NCBI GenBank assembly: GCA_951406725.2
Contig: OX597815.1
Span: 23,932,001-23,996,000 of the forward strand
Direction of reading: 5' to 3'
From: Octopus vulgaris
Taxonomy: Eukaryota
DNA: 64,000 nucleotides
Part shown: piece by piece, positions 51,318 to 62,790 of the stretch
How positions within the stretch are numbered: position 1 is the first letter of the stretch
Layout: each line of letters begins with the position of its first letter
The notes under the pieces: generated by a model
What the model was told of the DNA's origin: nothing
Database searches by the model: none
What the model saw: only the letters and a program-made list of their open reading frames with translations
Program-made: the position numbers and the translations under genes

Positions 51318-52615
51318 GTGTAGGTTTGGCATGAGATGTCGAGGTTGCCTGTGAAGGCACTTGGGTGCAGAATGTTTGGGAAGAGAGAGAATCTCTCTTG
51401 TTATTCCCAGTCATCGTAGTCGGCTGGTAGCGCTAATCGGCGGCCGACCGTAAGTAAATTACGGGGTGGGAATGTGCATATTCGAACTGGTAATATCATT
51501 GCATTTATACACATCACTGCTTAACGCTCCCACTTCGTAAATTACATTGTTGAATATTTCTAAAATCGGAATATATCTTTTAGTGAGAGAGAAAGAAGAG
51601 TTTAGCGATGTTACTGTAGCTTTTTTTAAAATACAAATATCATTGTTGCATATTATACAGATTTTACTACAGATGTCACCGTACCATGTATTACAGATAG
51701 AATTGTAGTATCATCACATGTTCTTTCTTGTAGTATGTATCACATGTCACTGAAGCATGTTTTCCAGATATCACTAGCATGTATTACAGAAGCCTATGGC
51801 TTGTATTACTGATGTCACTATGGCATGTACTCCACATATCACTATAGTATATTATACAGATGTCACTTGAAGAAACTGGAAAGTATATTGTCAGGGACGT
51901 TAGCCCTATTGGGTCGAAGTGTCTGGAAGTCTTTTCCTACTTTGAGTGTATGTGCTGGTGAGTTTGATGGAATGCAAAGAGATAGTTTTGGAAAAGTTTT
52001 ACCTAATACATGCAATGTGGAATAGGATACAAAGGAATAATAAATGTAGAATATTTCCCTGCGGGTACGGCTTACAGAACAATCGTCTTTGAAAAAAGGA
52101 GAGAAAGGGAGTGAAGTCTGTAAAGTTGGTTGAGATCCATTTGGCAAAGGACCAAAATAATCGGATGTAGTTTGTAAGGCAGGAGAAGCACTGAGCAATG
52201 TGCTGAGGCATCCTTTCTATTTGGGACGATAACGTTAGGGGTGTTGTGGTGCTGAGTAAAAGTCATCCAGTTTGGTTGCAATGCTGCGTAGAAGCCGTCA
52301 AAGTCGTAGCTTTGAATAAATGATGATGCGATATCTGTAACTCATGGAATAGTGACAGCAGTACCATATCGCATAGTGACATTTGTATTTCTTGGGGCTG
52401 TAATGCATGTGTCAGTATTAGGTAATATATCCGTAATACAAGTGCCAGTAGTCCCTGTGATACATGAGTGACATCAAGAATAAAGGGATCTGTGTCATCA
52501 AGAATAAATGAAACAGTAACATTTGTGACACATGGGCCAATGGCATCAGTATTACAGAAACTGACAGTTACAATGTATGAATGCATGGCTAGTGACATCA
52601 GCATTATATGAAAAA

Positions 52616-52845
52616 GGTGGCGAGCTGGCAGAATCGTTAGCACGCCGGGCGAAATGCGTAGCCGTATTTCGTCTGCCGTTACGTTCTGAGTTCAAATTCC
52701 GCCGAGGTCGACTTTGCCTTTCATCCTTTCGGGGTCGATAAATTAAGTACCAGTTACGCACTGGGGTCGATGTAATCGACTTAATCCGTGTGTCTGTCCT
52801 TGTTTGTCCCCTCTGTGTTTAGCCCCTTGTGGGCAATAAAGAAAT
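52616..52845 (+). mobile_element. Full-length family C SINE
   Basis: Matches the family; tatatgaaa on both flanks. Confidence 0.9.
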
Positions 52846-53279
52846 ATATATGAAACACGGCATAGTAATATTTCTAATACGCATTCTACTGTGTTTCCTT
52901 AGTATGCAATATTCATTTTGAAGTCGTCCAATAGTCTTGGTGGGAATTGAGCCAATGAGGGAGTCCTTGCGTGATTATTTTATCAATGAAGAAATATCAG
53001 CTAACTTTCCTTCAGAATACAACTTGGTAGAAAAAAGAATACATTGGATTAGGTAGTCCTACATACGCGTAAGAAGGCGATGAGTTCATGGCTGAAATGC
53101 CTTTAATCATAGATCTGCTCAACCAAGGGTAGCTTCAGTAAACAATACCTCACTCTAAATAGGTTGAGGTTGACAAGATGACCGGAATTTCATTCTCTAA
53201 ATAACACTTAAAACAGCATCAAGTGGTAGATTATTTTACAAAGTATGTATATGAAGATGGCAGTGCGGTGTATAAGTTA

Positions 53280-53679
53280 TCTTTATATATAAAAGTCAAG
53301 TTGTGTGTCTGTCTCTTACGATTTAGATTCCTAACTACTCCCACATTTTGCGGCGCAGTTTAACCAAAACCGGGTATCTTATAGTCGTGATTCATATCGA
53401 GCCCTTCTGGGTATTAGCGCGCGTCTACGATGAGACTACGATTAAAAAAAAAATTTACCATCATTTTTTTCCATTTTAATGCATTTTTTCCCGCTATTAT
53501 ATAAGGGAAGTAACTCTCTAAAAATGTCTACGATGAGTCAACGATTTAAAAAAAAATTTACCATAACTTTTTTTCCATTTTTAATGCATTTTTTTGCTAT
53601 TTTTTTGCTATAACTCTCTAAAAATGCTTATATAGTTATTTCCCTTACAAATCCGAGCAACGCCGGGCGATACTGCTAG
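53280..53679 (+). mobile_element. Non-autonomous Helitron
   Basis: A|TC 5' end, subterminal ccgagcaacgccggg hairpin, CTAG|T 3' end, no TSD; internal duplication of about 95 bp. Confidence 0.85.
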
Positions 53680-53870
53680 TAATATTATATAGCACCATAT
53701 AATAAGGTATAGTGTAGTCTGATATGCTGGGCAACAGAGTATGTGTATGTGTGGGTAGCGAAATTAAGATAATTGTAAAGAGGTGTAAAAGTGTGGTAAA
53801 GCTTTCTATTTTTGCGAATTATGTTGATAATGTCGTTGATAATGGATGCCAGATATTTGGATTATCTAAT

Positions 53871-54081
53871 TACTCTTTTACTCTTTTACTTGTTTCAGTC
53901 ATTTGACTGCGGCCATGCTGGAGCACAGCCTTTAGTCGATCAAATCGACCCCGGGACTTATTCTTTGAAAGCCTAGTACTTATTCTGTCGGTCTATTTTT
54001 TTGCCGAACCGTTAAGTTACGGGGACGTAAACACACCAGCATCGGTTGTCAAGCGATGTTGGGGGGACAAACAGACACACA

Positions 54082-54161
<80 letters not shown>

Positions 54162-54313
54162 CGACGGGCTTCTTTCAGTTTCAGTCTACCAAATCCACTC
54201 ACAAGGCTTTGGTCAGCCCGAGGCTATAGTAGAAGACCCTTACCCAAGGTGCCACGCAGTGGGACTGAACCCGGAACCATGTGGTTTGTAAGCAAGCTAC
54301 TTACCACACAGCC
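53871..54313 (-). mobile_element. CORE-type SINE (family B)
   Basis: Matches the family. Confidence 0.9.
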
Positions 54314-54879
54314 CTCTTTGATTTAAGATAATGATCATAATTAGCAGCTTACTGAGTACCTTTTGTAGCTTCTGTTTAATTGTTGCCGTATATAAAGGGT
54401 TAAATAGGTTTAGGGTGGTAGTGTAGCATAGCGCTAGGAAACGAGAAACTGAGTGCTAGCGACGTGCATATGTGGTGTTATGTGACTATGAGTCTAAAAG
54501 TGTGTTAGAATTCCTGCCACTTTGGTCTGTTGAAGGAACCGAAATAAAGTTTAGTGTCAACAGGTCATCTGTTTCTGGAATCTTAAACACGTGCGGAAGA
54601 AATGACTGACTAGTAAATCTAATACTGGTCTCAGGAATTGCAACAAAGATTGTTTCTGTCTAAAAGCTCACTTGGTTTTCTTGACATATTTAATTCTATT
54701 TCCTCGAGTTTTGTAGACGTAAATAAAAGAGGTATTTTATTCGCTTGATAAGCTGAGATAGAGTTTTACAGTATTTAATCTTGCCAACCTCAGTTCAAAT
54801 TCCAGTAGGCGTCTGTTTGCCCATAATTTCTTAATGATAAAAATCAAAGCAAAAACAAGTACTAGTTACATATTCGTTT

Positions 54880-55308
54880 CAAAGTTCGGGTTGGTGGGTG
54901 GTAAATCGATTACATCGATCACAGTGCTCAACTGGTACTTATTTTATCAACACCGAATGAATGAAAGGCAAAGTCGATCTCAGCGGAACATGAACTCAGA
55001 ACGTAAGGACGGACGAACTGCAGCTAAGCATTTTGTCCGGCGTGCTGACGATTCTGCCAGGTCACCGCCCTAAGTACTAGTTACATATTAGTTTCAACCT
55101 TTGACACAATGGAGGTCAACAAGTTCGAGGGAGAGGCCAAGTCGAATACATCGACATCGGTCTGTGATTGGTAAATACTTTATCGACCCCGAAAGGATGA
55201 AAGGCAACGTCAACATCAGCGGAGTTTGAACTCAGGACGTAAGGACGGACGAAATGCCGTTAAACATTTTGGCCGGCGTGCTTAACGATTCTGCCAGCTC
55301 TGCCGCCC
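54880..55308 (-). mobile_element. Two diverged tandem family C SINEs
   Basis: Two runs ending in gattctgccag...ccgccc at about 55070 and 55308. Confidence 0.8.
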
Positions 55309-55443
55309 TATGTACTAAAGGTCGGTTCAATTAATTACCACTCTCACCTACACGCTACACCTCATATCAATGTAAGATATTGTTATTTGTATGTTTTTCA
55401 ATAATAATCTCAGTCCTATGAAACGGTTCACAATAATATCAAC

Positions 55444-55545
55444 ATGTATGTATGTATGTATGTATGTATGTATGTATGTATGTATGTATGTATGTATGTA
55501 TGTATGTTGTGTGTGTATGTATGTATGTATGTATGTATGTATGTA

Positions 55546-55578
<33 letters not shown>

Positions 55579-55587
55579 ATGTATGTA

Positions 55588-55618
<31 letters not shown>

Positions 55619-55675
55619 ATGTATGTATGTATGTATGTATGTATGTATGTATGTATGTATGTATGTATGTATGTA

Positions 55676-55706
<31 letters not shown>

Positions 55707-55717
55707 ATGTATGTATG

Positions 55718-55751
<34 letters not shown>

Positions 55752-55845
55752 TGTATGTATGTATGTATGTATGCGTGTGTGTATGTATGTATGTATGTAT
55801 GTGTGTGTATGTATGTATGTATGTATGTATGTATGTATGTATGTA

Positions 55846-55905
<60 letters not shown>
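55444..55905. repeat. (TATG)n/(TG)n compound microsatellite
   Basis: Read directly. Confidence 0.97.
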
Positions 55906-55907
<2 letters not shown>

Positions 55908-56445
55908 CATGCGTAAGTACATATATTTTTTTTTAAATTCAAAGATACAAACACCAAAATCATTTTTATTGTTCTGAGTATAAGAGTTTTAGTGTGTTTT
56001 AATATCTTCGAAATGATGTTAAAATTTCAAGGTGTGGTTTTTGCAGAATCCTGATGTAATCTGGCCCTAGTTTATTTTCAGATCTAATAATATACACTCA
56101 GAAACAGAAATTAATTGAGGTCGAATTCTGGGCATGTTGATGTAACAATATCAGCTGTTGTTTACAGTAGTAGACAGGAACAGCTTAACCTTGCGTTCTT
56201 GTGCATTTTATACGCCATAATTTATCAACGTTGATCTTTAAAAACTCTACCGTTACACGAGAATAATATTGTAGAATGAGATAAGAACAACGGTGGTGAA
56301 CATATTTCCTTTCTTGCTGTAATTTTCACGGTGGAGTGTTGTATTGGTATGATTGCAACGGACAAAAATATTAGTTGTTTCATTGGTTTTATTAGAAAAA
56401 GTAACTGTCCAATATTCGAACAGCCGTTTTGGTTATACATACATA

Positions 56446-56822
56446 TACTCTTTTTCCTCTTTTACTTGTTTCAGTCATTTGACTGCGGCCATGCTGGAGC
56501 ACCGCCTTTAGTCGAGCAAATCGACCCCAGGACTTATTTTCTTTGTAAGCCTAGTACTTATTCTATCGTTCTCTTTTGCCGAACCGTTAAGTTACGGGGA
56601 CGTAAACACACCAGCATCGGTTGTCAAGCGATGTTGGGGGTACAAACACAGACACATAAACATACATATATACGACGGGCTTCTTTAAGTTTCCGTCTAC
56701 CAAATCCACTCACAAGGCTTTGGTTGACCCGAGGCTATAGTAGAAGACACTACGCAGTGGGACCGAACCCGGAACCATGTGGTTGGTAAGCAAGCTACTT
56801 ACCACACAGCCACTCCTACACC
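56446..56822 (-). mobile_element. CORE-type SINE (family B)
   Basis: Matches the family. Confidence 0.9.
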
Positions 56823-56854
56823 TATGCATATAAACATTTATTATATATATATGT

Positions 56855-57010
56855 AGGGAGGGTTTACGAAAAAAACAAAAGACGAAGACAGGTGGTGTAC
56901 AAAACAAACAGATGTATTAGTATAACGCTCAGGAATAGAAAAAGTCTTTTACGTTTCGAGCCTACGCTCTTCTACAGAAAGGGACACAGAAAAAACAAGG
57001 AGAGAAACAG
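56855..57010 (-). mobile_element. Short repeat carrying a hammerhead-like motif (same family as 9420-9590)
   Basis: Minus strand GUCCCUUU-CUGUAGA-A-GAGC-GUAG-GCUC-GAAACGUA-AAAGAC at about 56944-56985. Confidence 0.65.
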
Positions 57011-57261
57011 TAAACATATAATCATAGCTAATTTAGTTATTTCTTTGTAGATCGGAAACAATCCTTAACAGCCTTAGAGTTTCGCGACTTAATGAGTTCT
57101 CATCAGAAGTGTCTACATCAATTTAACGATCTCAGACAAGCGAACGACCACAATCTGTTTATACACCCAACAATTTCTCATGATGAATTCGGAATTACCG
57201 TTTGATCGTAATGAAACCATCATTTTGGCTGCTATTTCTGAAGTAAAAAAAAAAAAAAGAA

Positions 57262-57490
57262 GGCGGCGAGCTGGCAGAAACGTTAGCACGCCGGGCGAAA
57301 TTCGTTGCCGTATTTCGTCTGTCGTTGCGTTCCGAGTTCAAATTCCGCCGAGGTCGACTTTGCCTTTAATCCTTTCGGGGTCGATAAATTAAGTACCAGT
57401 TACGCACTGGTGTCGATATTATCGACTTAATCCGTTTGTCTGTCCTTGTTTGTTCCCTCTGTGTTTAGCCCCTTGTGGGTAGTAAAGAAA
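57262..57490 (+). mobile_element. Full-length family C SINE
   Basis: Matches the family. Confidence 0.9.
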
Positions 57491-58220
57491 TATATACACC
57501 CAACAATTTCAGTAGCTACAGAGAACTGGGACTACTAATTTGCATATCGTATGTGTTATAGGTATATGTGTGTATGAGTGGATGTACCACACACACACAG
57601 ATGTATAGATATGTGTGTGCATGTATGTATTCATTCATGTATGTACATATGTGTATGTGTGTGTTCCTATGTGTGTGTGTGTGTGTGTTCCTGTGTATGT
57701 ATTTATGTATATGTGTATATAGTTGTGTATGCATGTTTGCGCGTCTATGTGTGTGTGTGTGTGTGTGTGTACTGGAACTGTGAATATCTGTAAAACCTTC
57801 CAAAAGTTCCAAAACTTCAGAAATACAAAGACCAAAATCATTTTTATTGCCCTGAGTGTAAGAGTTTTGGTGTGTTTTAATATATTTGAAAAGATGTTGA
57901 AGTTTCAAGGTGTTTCTTTGCAGAATCATGATATAATCTGGCCCTAATTTATTTTCAGATCTGACAAGATACACTCAGAAACAGAAACTAATTGAGGTCG
58001 AATTGAGAGAGAGAGAGAGAGAGGGGGAGAGAGACGGAGAGAGAGAGAGAGAGTATTTCTTTATTCACCATAAGGTTGAGAAAAAGAGGGGACAAAACAA
58101 ACGTTGGGGTCAGGGTATCGAATGAGACGAAACGTATGAATAAACAAACAATTAGAATATATACAATTAAATGAGAATGAGTGATTAGCAAAAAATGAAG
58201 CGAGGAGAGAGAGAGAGGGT

Positions 58221-58252
<32 letters not shown>

Positions 58253-58551
58253 AAGAGAGGGAGCGAGCAAAATCCAAATTACTTTTTTCTTTGTTTTCAA
58301 CAAGAACATCGTAGAAGGAACGTATAACAGAATCAATTCTGTGTTCAACTGGTCTAAGACATTAGACACGACAACTTGAATGAGAGTTCAATTTACTATA
58401 ATCTCTATTTCATTAGGTTTACCATAGGTGAAATATAAGACTGTTACATTAATCTTAATTCTAATATGTATAACGCAATTTTTGCACTTATACTATTAAA
58501 TAATTTATTTAAGAAAGAAAAACACTCATATAGAGTTTTTCACAGTATATA

Positions 58552-58716
58552 GGCGCAGGAGTGGCTGTGTGGTAAGTAGCTTGCTTACCAACCACATGGT
58601 TCCGGGTTCAGTCCCACTGCATGGCACCTTGGGCAAGTGTCTTCTACTATAGCCTCGGGCCGACCAAAACCTTGTGAGTGAATTTGGTAGACGGAAACTG
58701 AAAGAAGCCTGTCGTA

Positions 58717-58755
<39 letters not shown>

Positions 58756-58958
58756 GAGTGTATGTTTGTGTGTCTGTGTTTGTCCCCCTAGCATTGCTTG
58801 ACAACCGATGCTGGTGTGTTTGCGTCCCCGTAACTTAGCGGTTCGGCAAAAGAGACCGATACAAAGAATAAGTCCTGGGGTCGAGTTGCTCGATTAAAGG
58901 CGGTGCGCCAGCATGGCCGCAGTCGGGTGGCTGAAACAAGTAAAAGAGTAAAAGGGTA
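58552..58958 (+). mobile_element. CORE-type SINE (family B)
   Basis: Matches the family. Confidence 0.9.
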
Positions 58959-59295
58959 TATACAAACCTTGCTTATATAATTAACAGAATGCGTGGTATT
59001 GTCTAAATTTTTCTGCTGGTTCTGTTTACAGTGGTGTGTAGAATAAACAGTGTTATTCTGCTTTTAACCATCTGACATTAACAGTACAAAAGCGCGAAAG
59101 ATCTCAGATCTATGTTGAAGTCTTCTTGGATTACAATGTTTGGCCAACAGAGAATTAACAGCCAGCGAAAGCTGAAACATATAGACATAATCAGCAAGTA
59201 AAGGAAAATAGGGGAAATTTGAAGAAAATAGTTGATATCGTGTATTATATATCGAACCAAGAGTTTCCAGTAAAGGGCCATGATGAGTACAGCTT

Positions 59296-59537
59296 TCTCT
59301 TTTACTCTTTTTCTTCTTTCAGTTATTTGACTGTGGCCATGCTGGTGCACCGCCTTTAGTCGAGCAAATCGCCCCCAGGACTTATTCTTTGTAAGCCTAG
59401 TACTTATTCTTTGTAAGCCTAGTACTTATTCTATCGGTCCCTTTTGCCGAACCGCTAAGTAACGGGGATGTAAACTCACCAGCATCGGTTGTCAAGCGAT
59501 GTTGGGGGGACAAACGTAGACGTACAAACATATACAT

Positions 59538-59633
<96 letters not shown>

Positions 59634-59805
59634 GCATATATACGACGGGCTTCTTTCAGTTTCGGTCTACCAAATCCACTCACAAGGCTTTGGTCGGCCC
59701 GAGGCTATAGTAGAAGACTCTTGCCCAAGGTGCCACGCAATAGGACTGAACCCAGAACCATGTGGTTGGTAAGCAAGCTACTTACCACACAGCCACTCCT
59801 ACGCC
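59296..59805 (-). mobile_element. CORE-type SINE (family B)
   Basis: Matches the family; carries a 22-bp internal tandem duplication (cttattctttgtaagcctagta). Confidence 0.9.
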
Positions 59806-60655
59806 TATATAATAGGCGTAGGAGTGACTGTGTAGTAAGTAATAATTTCAGTAATAATTGTTTTATAGAATTTATTCATACATTGAGATTGGTTAATTCT
59901 TGAATTTTCAACGGTGCTTCAATGAACTTCACCAATTGTGCAAAACATAACCATCAAAATAATGACTTCTTATGCTGTTTGCGTACCCTGATGTTTGCCA
60001 AAAAGGGCAAAAAAAAAAAAAAAAAAACAAACAAAAAAAAACAAGAACAAAAAACAAAAACAAAACAAAACAAAGCAAAAACTACATGAATGAAGTTGGT
60101 GGAAGAAAATATTCTCAAATTGGGTTTCAGAGCAGTTAATTTCGGCTGGGTCAGTTAGTTCTAACTGTACCTAGCAACACTGTTTTAGCAGAACCCATAT
60201 TTTCCCACCTTGAAACGAATAAGTACTTGCTTCCGTAGATCACAAGACCAAGTTGCCCCAGTTAAGTTTCTATTGAAAAAAATGTGTACTTATGCAATTA
60301 AAACAAAGAGCCTCATTGTATGATTGGGTCGCAGTACATTTTACTTCTCTCTTTCTCTCTCTCTCTCTCCCTCTCCCCTCTCTCGCACACAAACACATAT
60401 ATACCCGAATGAAAATCTGTACAATTGAGCTAAGTAAAATTATCTGGTGTTTTATTTTTTAAAAAAATTTATGCTTAAAATAAAACTTATTTCTTATTTT
60501 TGAATTTATATAATACAAATTCATAAGATAAAACGTTGAGTATAACATTCTTAATTTCCTTTACCTAATTATGCAACGGAACAATGGTAGAATGAGTGTA
60601 AGCATTGGTTAAGTGTTGTACTTTACCTGACGCACATCGGTTCAATCACTGCATA

Positions 60656-61508
60656 TCTTTTTAATATATAAAATCTGTTCTGTTTATCTGTCTGTTTGTG
60701 CGCTTATAACTCGGGTATTGTTCATCCGATCGCGCTGAAATTTTAAACATGGATACATGAGAGAGCGGGGCGTTCCGTAATCTAAAAAGATTTTCAAAAT
60801 TGTTAGTTTCAAAGTGAGAATCGCTATTTTTATAATCTTTATGTCCTGTTTGTTTCGCCATTAAAACAACCTGTTCTTCAGACAGCCGGCACATGCCATT
60901 TCGCTAGCAACAAAGGGAGTACAGGATGACAGTCAGCCAAAACCGCCACTATGCTGTCTCTCTTCTTTCCTCTCTCTGTGGAGTTCCATCCAGAGAAGGA
61001 TTTTCTGAACAATATCAGATAACTCCGCATTTCAAATGACATCGTTTGGTGAATCTAAGAAGATAGATAAACATGAATTTACGCCGACGTTTAAAGTTCA
61101 AGGGCAAGTCTATCACCTCATTGGCTCCCTGTTACCCACAATTGAACAACCACAGCTCCTCCAAATTTACTTTATGAGTGATGTAGGACAACAAACCCGA
61201 AGGAGGTATCAACATTTTCAGATGATGGGTCGTGTTAGACACAGCGCTGACTGCTGCAAAAGAGAGTATATCCACTGACAACTTCTCGGTGCGTTCAAAA
61301 ATCACATAACCCCCACAGGTTAGGGCCTGAAATACTCCAGACAGACGCATAGCATGTTGATTAGTCGAATTAGTCCATCATTTACTCTACAAATGTTTTG
61401 TTGTCAGTACTGCACTTTCCCATATCACCTGTTTCAACATAACTGTGTAATATATTATATACAAACTATGCCATTTTAACCCCGAGCAACGCCGGGTATC
61501 TCTGCTAG
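60656..61508 (+). mobile_element. Helitron deletion derivative retaining a Rep/helicase ORF fragment
   Basis: A|TC start, cccgagcaacgccggg hairpin, CTAG|T end; NSAFQMTSFG...PTFKVQGQVYHLIGSLLP...LQIYFM is the Helitron RepHel N-terminal motif. Confidence 0.88.
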
Positions 61509-61633
61509 TATTATATATATATACATATATACATGTGTGTGTGTGTGTAGAAAGAGAGAAAAAGAGATTGACTGTCTTAGTCAATCTCTCTCTCTCTGTA
61601 TATGTATATGGACATACACACACACACACACAT

Positions 61634-61722
<89 letters not shown>

Positions 61723-62324
61723 TGTACATATATGTACACTCACGCACACACACTTGTGGGAAATTTTATACTCTAGTAATGTGTGTTTAAAAATTTATAT
61801 ATACTTCTGTGTCTTTTTATTAAAAACCCAGCTGAGTTTCCTCAAGGTTTCTGCACACACATACATACATACACAAACATATAAGAGAACTTAATGAATT
61901 ATTCGGCGTTCAGACTAACGGCATAAATCAACAAGAGAAATATACAAGAGAAAACAAACATCTGAAAAAAAAACCGCACAGCACAAAGAATGTATGAGAA
62001 ATACTTTAGAAGTAAGGTTGTCGTAGTTGTTTAGTCTAAGTTTCGCGTTGCCGCTTATTCAAAGCAACATTGCGGCTCTGTACTGTTGTAAATACTTGGC
62101 CAAAGCGAGGCTTTTAAACATTAATATTCTAGCTTATAAATATATTGGACGGTCGAGCAAAACATTGTACGTAAGTGGGAGATAGAAAGAGAGAACAAAA
62201 TGAAAGAGAACAGGCAGAGGGAGGAAGGTGAAAGAGAGGGATAGAGTGAGGAGAACAGAAGATAGTGAAGAGATGAAAACAAATATAAAGAAGTGGCTTG
62301 TTTTTACAAGGCACAAGTATAATG

Positions 62325-62790
62325 GCTTCAAATTTTGGCATAAGGCCAGCAATTTTGAGAGAAGGAGACAAGTCAGTTACATTGACTCCAGTGCTTGGCT
62401 GTTACTCCATTTTATCGACCCTGAAAGGATTAAATAGCGAATTGGAGCTCAGCGAGATTTGAACCCAGAACGTAAGGAGCCGAAAGAAATATCGCAGAGC
62501 CTTTTGTCTGAAACGCTAACGATTCTGCCAGTTCATTGCCCGGTGTGCAGAGGTAATATAATCAATTAAGCTAAGGTGACGAGCTGGTAACATCGTTAAC
62601 ACGCCGGACAAAATGCTTAACGGCATTTCGTCCGAATCCTCGTTCTGAGTTCAAATTCCGCTGAAGTCGACTTTGCAGTTCAGCCTTTTGAGGTCGATAA
62701 AATAAAGTACCAGTTGAACACTCAAGTAAATGTAATCGATTTACGATCACCCTTCAAATTGTTGGCCTTGCGCCAAAATTTTGAAATCAA
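62325..62790. mobile_element. Two diverged family C SINEs head-to-head (about 62325-62540 minus and 62575-62790 plus)
   Basis: A box/B box and central domain in opposite orientations. Confidence 0.75.

Larger units (their letters stand above)
48883..51867. repeat. Inverted duplication, arms about 48883-49361 (interrupted by the RTE end) and 51607-51867
   Basis: Irregular copy-specific details (actacaagaaagaacatgtgat; aaaaaaagctacagtaacatc) are mirrored exactly. Confidence 0.88.
49600..52320 (-). mobile_element. Degenerate APE-type LINE remnant interrupted by SINEs
   Basis: Minus-strand YCSYIWDSAVAEHADIQD near 50300-50370 resembles the 6500-7090 remnant; outer limits approximate. Confidence 0.45.
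55940..58004. repeat. Direct duplication of ~185 bp (about 55940-56127 and 57820-58004)
   Basis: ccaaaatcatttttattg...acactcagaaacagaaa..aattgaggtcgaatt occurs twice, diverged. Confidence 0.85.

Noticed and set aside
55391-55977. Long ORFs of 150-180 aa (MYVC/HTYI repeats); similar ones at 41244, 47590, 57516, 59397 and 61387
   Set aside because: They are translations of stop-free microsatellites.
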